DNA from: the human T2T-CHM13v2.0 reference genome, Homo sapiens
DNA length: 64,000 nucleotides
Assembly (NCBI RefSeq): GCF_009914755.1
Contig: NC_060946.1
Reading direction: 5' to 3' (one strand)
Under the pieces are notes generated by a model. That model was not told the DNA's origin. It was given only the letters and a program-made list of their open reading frames with translations, and made no database searches. A program made the position numbers and the translations under genes. The first letter of the stretch is position 1; each line of letters starts with the position of its first letter. This document shows positions 54,620 through 64,000 of the stretch, piece by piece.

Positions 54620-54847
54620 AACTATTGACTGCGGTGGTTGTGATGTGGATCCGTATGTCATAAATGGCGTGGAGCCACACTCACACACTGTACCAACGTC
54701 CAGCTACCGGTCTGGATGTTAAACTCTAGTGACGTAAGATGTCACCATTGGGGGAAATTGGGTAAAGGGCATCTGAGACCACTCTTCACTATTTTTTGCA
54801 GCTTCTTATGGATCTACAATTATTTCAAAATAAAAAATTCTAAAAAA
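54620..54847 (+). mobile_element. Ancient L1M (L1MC/ME-type) 3' end
   Basis: gtaagatgtcaccattgggggaaattgggtaaaggg..ttttttgcagcttc..attatttcaaaataaaaa. Confidence 0.8.
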
Positions 54848-55629
54848 TCCTATTGTTTTGACTCTAGTTATCATCAGGTATTTGCCCTTGCAAACTTACA
54901 GATGAAATGAATGGATCCCCAAAATACTTCAAGCATGGGTTTTATAAGCAAAATAACTAAGTTAAATTTAACCAGAGGTCATCCAGCAAATACTCAGAAA
55001 TGAGTGGCAATGGCTCCCATGAGGCCGGCAGCTGCTCTAAAGTTCAGGCAGTCTATCAGCAAGCCCGAGCCCGCAGGCTCTTACCTGGTCTGTGTATGGA
55101 GACACACGGCCGTGGTCTTCAGAGCAAGACCCGTGACAACACAGTGGTATGTAACAGTTAATAAGAGCAGTGTCGAAAGAAAAGCGTTTGCTTTTAGGCC
55201 AGAGGTCTGGGGACATTCAGTGTGGGGATAAACATTAGCAACCATTTTCTGTCTCCGTAACTGAGTTCATAACAAGAATCCTAAACTGTAGGAAGAAAGA
55301 GGCCAAGCCGACTCAGGCTGTTCCCGTGAAGGGAGAAGGGAAGTGCGTGCCACACTGCAGAAAATTTCTACCACAAGATGTCTTTTGAACTCTAGGTGCT
55401 TAAAGAGGCATACTCGGTACCTGGAGCTGCAGGTGGTGCCAGCTATAAAGGCATCTCCGTTGAACCTCAGGCCCCGCCTGAGTCTCACCATACTTGGGCC
55501 GACAACTGAGAGGGGTCCCAGAACCTTCCCCATTGCTGCTGTCTTCACTATCAGGCAGTCAGGAGCCCAGGCTCTGGGGCCAGATTGGCAGACCTCCAAT
55601 CCCCCAAAGCCACTGGCAACCCTGCAGTT

Positions 55630-55765
55630 CCCTAACCTCTCAGTGCCTCAAGTTTCTTGATCTGGAAAATGGGGCACTGTAAGGACGCAATGAATGGAAA
55701 TGCATGGAAAGTGCCTGGTAGCAGGGCCTGGCACACGCAAGCATGCATTGGATGCAGCTCTTGCA
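55630..55765 (+). mobile_element. MIR 3' part ending in a trinucleotide tail
   Basis: taacctctcagtgcctcaagtttcttgatctggaaaatgggg..gcagggcctggcacac. Confidence 0.7.
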
Positions 55766-55772
55766 ATCATCA

Positions 55773-55805
<33 letters not shown>

Positions 55806-55816
55806 TCATCATCATC
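55766..55816. repeat. Compound microsatellite (ATC)3(GTC)10(ATC)4
   Basis: Direct reading. Confidence 0.98.
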
Positions 55817-57199
55817 ACATTACACACAAAGGGACTGATTCCTGATGCCAAGCTTTCCTACTGCTGGCCCCCACCTCTGACCCTGGCTGTAGGACAACAT
55901 CACTCTTGATGCCAAGTCTTGAGCTTTGTGAACAGTGGGCTCGAGTCCCACGAGGAATGCCTGTGGAGGGAGGGCAATGCGGTTTCCTACACGTATTTAT
56001 GCATGTGTTTAAACAAACTCCGAACGTTAACCAGAAGGTGAAACGCACTTGGGTAAACTCATGCAGTCCTTGCGGGGAGAACCTCAGGCTGCCCCACGGC
56101 CTGTTCCAGTGCATAAAACCCCAGCAGAGCAGCTGCACAGCAGGCTTTCTGTGCACGTGGCCTCATTTCTCCCAAATGGGGGCTCTCATCAATAGAGGAC
56201 CCCTATTGTCTGGCCCCCTGCCTGGCCCAACCACATGGTCCACCAGCCCACACTGACCAATATCTAACAGCACGACCTGAGGGCGCTGTGAACTGAGTGC
56301 TGTCCCGACGCTCCTCAGTGTCCACGCTGAACTGCTCACCACCCTGCCTTGTTCCCAGACCCATCCTGGCTCTGCCCACGCCCACCTTCCTCTCTTCCTT
56401 CCCCCCTCTGTCCTTTCCAAAGGCCCAAGTTGGCAGTGGGACTCAGAGATGTGGGGAACATAGTCCCTGCCCACAGGGAGCTCCCAAGCTGCAGGGACAC
56501 GAGCACCATGAGGCAGAAAACCACTTTCTGGAGCTTGCCGCCAGCAACAATAGGGGGCGGGGGACAGAGGTGGCCACTGGGGCACAGAAGAGGCAGAGCC
56601 CAACAGTTTTCCCTGAGGGCTCAGCTCAGAATGGGCTGTCCAGTGGGTGGGATACTCTCACAGGGGACTAAGTGCGGGAGCTGTCAGTAGACAGGGCGGG
56701 GTGAGGAGCAGGGCCCTGGTGCTCCCTCTGTGTTGTGACTCCTGATTACCTGTGCCCAGCAGGGACACCTCTGCAGGTGTACTCAAACCTCCGCAGGAAG
56801 GATGGGTGGTTGGGCACCCTGGAGGGCTGCCCCGAGGCCAAATAGGTGCGGGAGCTCAGCCGATGAATGAGGGACGATGGCCATCTTGTTGGGCCTCAGG
56901 TTTTGGCATGTACTACCTTGTGCACAGATGAACCTGGGTGCAAGGACCACCAGCTCGCTAGTTTGTCGAGGACAAAGCTGGCCTCTTGATCCTCTCCCTC
57001 CCCTCTCCCTCTGCTGAATGAACAGGCTCCTGTGCAGCACCTGGCACGTGTCAGCAGAGCCTCGTTCCAAGAGCTTCCAGGTCCTGACTCTGCGGCCGGC
57101 TTGTTGTGGGGCCCTGGGCCAGGCCCTGCCCTCTCAGGGCCTCATTTCCTCATCTGTCACAAATCACATGAATAAGAGCCCGTGTTTATTGAAACTGTC

Positions 57200-57350
57200 T
57201 TTTCAATACCTTTTTAACCCTACGAAGCAGGTATTATGACTATCTCCATTTTACAGATGAGACACAGAGAAGTTAAGTGACTTGCTCAAGGTCACGAGAT
57301 GGTCCATGGTAGAGCTGGGGTTCCAGCCTAGGCCACTGGGCCTGAAGCCC
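57200..57350 (-). mobile_element. MIR SINE
   Basis: aaccctacgaag..ccattttacagatgag..gaagttaagtgacttgctcaaggtcac. Confidence 0.8.
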
Positions 57351-57796
57351 CGCTGTGAGCCTGTGCTGTCTCCTACAATGATGGAGACAATGCGACGTTT
57401 CCTCTCACTTTGGTGCCTTCCACCAAGGCTGAGGCCAGCCCACAGGCGGCGTCTGATGAGGCTTCAGAGCAGAGCCCTGCAGGACAGCCTCCTGCATGGA
57501 GGGCCAGTGGCATCTCAAACCCAAAGCTGCTGGCAGCCAGTGAGGCCCAGTGTCAGTGCTGGACCCTCGGAATAGCAACAGTTCACCAGGTGGAGGAGGA
57601 GACCATGTCACGAACGTCTCTGCTGCTCAGATGAGAAGACCAAAGCCATAGAATCCCCAGAGCGTTTCCCCTCAGCTCATGACTGTACAGGAACTCTTAG
57701 GACCCCTACTTAGCACGTGATCCCCTGTCCAGGCTGAAAGCTTCCCAGTGGACCATGCCTCGGATCCTAGGGGCTGGCAGAGCACCTGGCACACGA

Positions 57797-57820
57797 ATAA
57801 ATGAATGAATGAATGAATGA
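57797..57820 (+). repeat. (GAAT)n, typical L2 3' tail
   Basis: gcacctggcacacgaataaatgaatgaatgaatgaatga. Confidence 0.8.
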
Positions 57821-60800
57821 GCAGGTAAATACAAGTGACCTGCATTCACGTAGCTAGTAAGACTGAGGCCTTCCAGAACCCTTTCTACTCCCGGATCGAT
57901 TCTGGTCAGAATTCTACATTGAGAGAAAAGGAGACAGTTCCTCCAGGAGGCCACATCTTCCTGTGGCATCAATCCGTCAGAAGTTACAGACAAGAAGAGC
58001 AGTGTGGGAGAGGGAGAGAGCCTGAAGGTGCTGCCTTCTAGATACACCAGGCACAAGGGTGTGTGATGGGGGCAGCGGGTGGGCCCCTGGGGCTGTGGCC
58101 AGAGAAGGGATTGTCAGTACTTATTGGGCTAGGGCTGAGTGGGAGGTAGGGGGTGCTATCATGGGGCCAGAAGCAGTGCTCGGAAGTGCTGAGTGGAGGG
58201 AAACTGGCCAGATTCCAACATCTCGGACTCCCTCCTGCCCAGTGTGGGCACAGAGGAGGAGCCTGTGTGTGTCCCCCAAATCAAGCCTGTGTTCTAAAGA
58301 CCTGAAGAAGCTGCCTGCATCAGTCGCTACTCCTAGGACAGGTGCTGCCCTTGATTGACCAGAGCAGTTTTCCGCGAATGGGGAAAATTCGACAGCTAGG
58401 CCCTTTTTACAGCTGAAAAGGCCCAAGGAGGCAAGAGTAACTGTGCAGAGGCCACATGGAGAGCTGGAGCTGAGAACCTAATCCTCCCAAGCCTAGCCAG
58501 GGTCGCAGCCATGCCTTGGCCCAGGGTGTGCTCTGGCGCCTAGAAAGCAGGGCCACTCAGACGGGCTGAGCCCTGTGTTTCTCAGCCAGGAGTCTGGACC
58601 GACCTGGGCCAACCCCTCTCATGCATCTGGTTCCATCTAATCAAAACCAGCCTGTGTGCTTTTCTCCCTGTTCAGGGGTAGGCTCCAAAGAGCTGGACAG
58701 GCATGAGGAAGAGTCAGGTGATAGGGGGAATCTAATTTGCCAAATGGCTCTGTCTCCTTCAGCCCTCCCAGGAGCTATGGGAATCAGAGGTCACTTGTCT
58801 GCAAAACAAGCTGAGTCTTAGCTCCTCTGACATGCTCTAATTTTGAGCTATAACAATCATGATTGCAGTTGACACTAATGGTGGGCAATTGTCACAACAG
58901 ACTGAGGCTCAGAGAGGTAGACAACCTGCCCAGTCCCCAGGTCCCTGTCTCCCCAATGGGCATTAATGGGCCGCTGACCACTGTGCTGTGTGCTTGCTCT
59001 GCCCTCTTCAGGACTTCCGCACAGCCGTGGAAACCCACTGGAATGCTGCACCTTGTCGTTCGAGAGCAATCTGATAAGTTATCTGTTGTTTTTTGGACTG
59101 ATTTCATTGCCCAGATCAAAAAATCAGGAGAGGCCACACAAAAATCGTAAGGAGAGAAGGCACTTCTTTAACCGACACGCTGGTTAATGCAGATTGGGAC
59201 TGAGGCCCCCAAATCCATATTCTGGTTAAAGCTGGACTCCTGGCTTCCTGAAAAATCAGGATCTGACCACCTGGGGCATCTGGGTGGAGTGAGCCATGTG
59301 TGCCCAGGGTCCCACCCAACACCAGCCACTGCACAATTTATGAGATGCCAGCCCCTGGAAGTGCTGGCGTTCTCCCAGATGGCCTCCCCTCTCCCCTAAG
59401 CATCACTTCCTACCTCTGCTCAACCAGCTTTCCCACAGCTGCCCTCCACCCAAAATCCAAACTCTTGCCACAGCCCACCAGGCCCCATGTTGTCCAGCCC
59501 CCACCTCCCCGCCTCGGGCTCCTCCCGCTTCGTGCTCTCTGCTCCTTCGTCCCACCCTTTGTTCAGCTTTTCACGTGCCCATTCCCACCCCAGGGCCTTT
59601 GCACGCGCCCAGCCTGGCACATTCCCCACAAGCTTCCCACCTGGCTTTCTCATCAGCTCCAGCACCGTCTGCTGCACCACCCGTTTCTTTCCTCTCACAC
59701 CGCATCACCTCCCAAGGAGCGGGCCCCATAGCTAGCGTGCCTGGCTCAGATCCTGGCTCTGCCTCTTCCCTAACTTCGCTGGGCTTCGCCTTCCTCAGCG
59801 TCACAACCCAGCCTCGCCGGGCAGTGGCAAAGGTGGAGTGAGCTTGTCTCTGGGCAGTGCTCAGGCCCGTGCCTGGCTCAGAGTAAGCGTGTGGCCCCAG
59901 CAGCCCCTGCTGTCGCTGCTCCCACGTCATCCCCTCCCCAACCCCAGTCCTGTAGGGGACGCTAAGGTTTGTAACCTCCTCAGCACAGCAGATGCTTACA
60001 GGCCAAACCTGTAACAAACAGGCTGTGGCTGCGGGTGTGATCTGCCCACAGCACACCCTTCTTTCAACCAGGGGCCTCAGCTCTACCTGGAGTCCTGCTG
60101 GGGAGAAAGCCGGGCTTCAAAGGAACAGAGCACACACAGCCTGGCTGAAAAGGAGGCTCACGCCACCCTGGCCTGCGACTTTACAGCCTGCTCAGAGCAG
60201 TCACTCTGTGAACTCCCCTCCCTGGATGAAAGCAGAGGCCCCTCCCCGCACTTGCTCACTCTGTCCCCATCAATCTGCTTCTTATACAACCTGTTGGGCT
60301 CAGAGTCCTGGTTTATAGGGTTTGCCTCCATCGTGGGCAGCTTGGCCCCACAGCCCACAACTGGGAGGTCTTACAAGGCGCAAAACAAACTCCTGATGCC
60401 CGGGAGCCACCTGGGTGGAGTGTGGACAATGTGACAGCAGCAAGTGCCAGGAGCCACGGAGCTCGGGCTTTCTGTTCTTCTGGGGACACCACAGAGCCAT
60501 GATTAGCAGGCCCGTCCTGCCTTTGAGGCAACAAACACTAAGAATTCTAAGGAGCCTGTTCGAGTATTTCCACTTTATTATCCTGAGTACTTTTTAAATG
60601 TTTTTGCTTTCACTTTCTCAGGAACTGTTTTCTAATGAAACTCATGCCTGGGCTGGCAGACTCACACCTCACAACCTCCTGCCTGCTCACGGGAGGCTGG
60701 AACCTCATCCCACGGTCCTGCTCCATCTCTGAACGCCCTGCCGGGTAACACCACTTCCCCATTTTGCAGGCGAGGAATCTGGGGAGCAGTCAGTAGAGCC

Positions 60801-61232
60801 GCCCATGGGAAGGCTTCCAGCGTGGGAGAGGAGGAGCTGGATTCACACAGGGTCCGGCTGGCCTGGAGCCCAGTGCGTGCCCTTTGGTTCCCCATCTCTC
60901 AGCGTGAGCCCCTCTCTGAGCCTTCTGCAGGTGCTGTGTACCAGAGAGGGGCGACCTTCCCAGGAACGCCCTCTATGCCCGCAAGCCTCCAGCGCCTCCT
61001 CCTTGTTAAGGGTCAGCAATGGGGGCGTGCCTGAACTGGGGCAGTTCTGGCCTTCTTCCTTACATTTATTCCCTTGACAGCTCACGACAGCCAGGCCCTG
61101 GGAACCTTGGCTCCTGCCCTGCCCTCACAGCACACTCTGCTTTGGTACACAGCCCTGCCTCAGATGCCTGCCCTTGCATTATCTTAAGCAAGAGATGTGC
61201 CTCCGCAAAAGCTGTTCTCTGCCTGGAAGCCC

Positions 61233-61372
61233 CTCTCCTCCAAGCACATGTGTCCTGGCTCTCTCCTCCAAGCACATGTGTCCTGGCCCTCTCCTCCAAG
61301 CACATGTGTCCTGGCTCTCTCCTCCAAGCACATGTGTCCTGGCTCTCTCCTCCAAGCACATGTGTCCTGGCT
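61233..61372. repeat. Minisatellite, 5 copies of 28 bp (ctctcctccaagcacatgtgtcctggct)
   Basis: caagcac at 61241, 61269, 61297, 61325, 61353. Confidence 0.97.
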
Positions 61373-62068
61373 TTCTGGACAGCTCTGCCGCCACCTCACA
61401 GCTCTGCTGCCCTGAGCCGAAACTCCAGGATCTGACCACTGATGCCGTAACACCAAGTTCCTTTGCCTGCTGGGCTTGGCTGGTGGCCAGGCTCCACTTC
61501 AGCCTGGGTCTGCCACCTAGTGCTCCAGCTGGTGGGGTGTCTTCCTGGGGCCCTCTGCACCTCCCCAGGCTGGCCTGCCACACTGCCTGGCTTCCAAACA
61601 GCAGGCGCCCGACCACAAGGACCCTCTCCTGGCGGGAAACCCAATGAACATGCAGCAGGGAGTCGCTGGTGCTGCCAGGCTCATGGAGACAGAGAAGTTG
61701 GCACACAGCCTGGATAGCCTCAAGCCCCCTTTGGAGAAGGAGCCCATGGAGAATGGGGCCCCACTCTTCCTGGCCACAGCCAGCCCCCAACTCAGAAAGG
61801 AAAACAGCTCCTCTGGTCACATGTGCTACTTGCGGCCCCACATATAAACACGAGAAACACCCGCAGCCCTAGTGTAGCAGGTAGAGGGAAGGAACTGGAA
61901 GGAGGCCCATGCAGAACCAATACCAGACGTGCAAAACAGTCATTCAGACTACCACCAAAATTCCCTGCCTTGACCTTGAGGGCCCCAGAATTGAGATGTG
62001 GAGAAGGGGACTCTGGGGGCTGCCCATCCTGGGGGGGGACATGCCTGGTCAGCATAGGCTGTACTCAC

Positions 62069-62203
62069 CATTGGAGCGGTGGATGCAGGTATGCTGGTTG
62101 TCACTAAGGAAGAAGCCACTGTGGCACTGACACTCGTAGCTGCCCATGGCATTGACGCAGATCTGCTGGCAGCCACCATTATTGTCCTGACACTCGTCCA
62201 CAT
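62069..62203 (-). CDS. SCUBE1: SCUBE1 coding exon (probably exon 4), calcium-binding EGF-like module, 135 nt
   Basis: Translates (D)[44 protein letters not shown](E). Acceptor ttctcacag at 62204-62205, donor GTGAGT at 62063-62068, phase 1/1. Confidence 0.97.
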
Positions 62204-62324
62204 CTGTGAGAAAAGGAAGAGAAGGGGACCAGAGATCACACCTAAGTTGGAAGCAGGGCATGAGGGGCTGGCGGGACAGGGATGCAGTGAATTTCCTCAC
62301 ATGGCCCTGAAGGGAGGGACTCCA

Positions 62325-62725
62325 GAGAGGGCCTCCCTGGTGCTGTGTGATGGTGATACTGTACAGTGGGCCTCCACGGCCCTGCACCATGGTGGCACTC
62401 TACAGTGGGCCTCCATTGTGCTGTGCCATAGTGGTACAGTGGGCCTCCATCGCTCTGTGCTATAGTGGTACGGAGGGTCTCCATCGCGCTGTGCTACAGT
62501 GGTACAGTGGTACAGTGGTACAGTGGGTCTCCATTGTGCTGTGCTACAGTGGTACAGTGGGCCCCCATCAGGCTGTGCTACAGTGGCACGGTGGGCCCCC
62601 ATCGCGCTGCGCTACAGTGGTACGGTGGGCTCCCATGGCGCTGCGCTACAGTGGCATGGTGGGCCTCCATCGTGCTGTGCTATACTGGTACAGCGGGACT
62701 CCATGGTGATGCTGCACGGTGGTAC
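62325..62725. repeat. Degenerate minisatellite, ~34-bp unit, about 11 copies
   Basis: acagtgggcctccat-gtgctgtgctacagtggt units at 62402, 62436, 62470 and on, with extra acagtggt octamers at 62504-62519. Confidence 0.9.
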
Positions 62726-62796
62726 TCCCGAGAGCAAGTCCTGGAAAGAGTCCAGTGGCTATGATGCTAGCTCACTCCAACTCAACAGTGCTGTCT

Positions 62797-63006
62797 GAGT
62801 GCCCAGCACTGTTCTAAGCATCTTACCTGTATTAATTCCTTTAATTCTCACAGCAACCCTGTAAGTCAGATCCAGGTACCAGTCCATTTTATAGATGAGG
62901 AAACTTAGGTGCGGAGGGGCAAAGTCACTTGTCTAAAGTCCTACGTATGGTAAGTGGCAGAGGCAGGATTCAAACCCGGTGGTCTGACCCTGAAACCTCA
63001 GCTCTC
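62797..63006 (-). mobile_element. MIR SINE, near full length
   Basis: ttaattctcacagcaaccctgt..ccattttatagatgaggaaact..gtaagtggcagaggcaggattcaaaccc. Confidence 0.88.
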
Positions 63007-63585
63007 AGTGACGTCGCCAGACCCCCCACTCTAGGAAGACACAGCAGCCTGCAGCAGCTGTCCCCAACACATGGAGCTTTGCCAGCTGCAACCCCACGAG
63101 CCCCGTCTCTTGACTCAGCTCAGGTTTACCATCAGCAGCACAACACGATAACAGGCTGGAGCACAGCACAGTGCCCCAAGGCTCTGTGCCCTGCAACTGA
63201 TTTCAAAAACTCCGAGAATGAGGAGGTTTTTATTAAGAAAAGGCCCTGACCTCCGGCTGCCAAGATGGCTGTGGAAGGCTGCCAAGTGGTCTTTCCCACT
63301 CTCGGGGAGAGGCAGACCTCAGGGCCGACACTCATTTCTGACCAGAGGCCGCTGGCACAAAGGGCGCTATTGGCTGAAAACAGTCTTTATGGAGTTCTGG
63401 TCTTGAGCACAACAGCGTGTTTCAATTACCAGAGTCATAACCCCCTGCTCTGTCAGTTTGTTTAATGAAAGAAGGGCTTCTTAAACCTTAATGTTCCATG
63501 TCTGTATTGTCATTTTAATAGGCAAATATATAAAACCACAAAGGCGGCGTGAGCTACTGGCTGCTTCTAGCCAATCCCCGGTCCC

Positions 63586-63587
<2 letters not shown>

Positions 63588-63631
<44 letters not shown>
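63588..63631. repeat. (AC)22 microsatellite
   Basis: Direct reading. Confidence 0.98.
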
Positions 63632-63634
<3 letters not shown>

Positions 63635-64000
63635 TCGGTGTTGAGCTTTTGATACACTTCTTTTTAACATAGACATCTTTTACTATTGGAACCAAAAGGA
63701 TGTGAAAAGGTAAAGAGTTGGTGACCTGCACTGAACTGGGAGAGGACTTGGCTGTGGAGCGATTTGAGCCAGGTCCTATTTAGACTCATGGACGACAGAC
63801 CACTTTACCACCTAAGACACCACACGGCTGCCTTTGAGGCCGACAGCGAGGCCATTATTCTTTGGCAAGCTCAAATGTCAGCCGTGTGGGCAGTCAGAGG
63901 AGGCAGGCAGAGCTCTGAACTCTAAAAGCCGCCAGTGGTTACAGCTAAAATGGTAGAAGTGGCCCTCGCTGAGAGGAGCCAGGTGATCGCACCATTCTGA

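Noticed and set aside
55657-55909. Poly-Arg/His and poly-Val/Ile peptides suggesting a transmembrane micropeptide
   Set aside because: Translation of the (ATC)/(GTC) microsatellite.

Overview
Primate (most likely human) genomic DNA from the middle of SCUBE1 (secreted EGF/CUB-domain protein), on the minus strand. Six EGF-module exons translate into the SCUBE1 protein as I recall it; my numbering, exons 4-9, is inferred. They lie at 62069-62203, 33614-33739, 29113-29229, 9732-9848, 2647-2769 and <1-82. All visible splice sites are GT-AG and phase 1. A seventh 90-nt in-frame exon (26382-26471), absent from the canonical human isoform as I recall it, encodes a linker with an N-glycosylation sequon and a furin-type RVKR site, and is followed by a UG-rich tract. 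The rest is GC-rich intron with Alu, MIR, L2, L1, MaLR LTR and DNA-transposon relics (MER45A, MER53, MER94, Tigger4), minisatellites, microsatellites and candidate regulatory motif clusters. Almost all ORFs in the supplied track are chance or repeat-derived. I found no prokaryote-type system. The best leads are isoform-control features of SCUBE1 (cassette exon, candidate intronic poly(A) site), a candidate endothelial/megakaryocyte enhancer, and a higher-order TGACAG minisatellite. Repeat family names come from remembered consensus sequences, not a database run.
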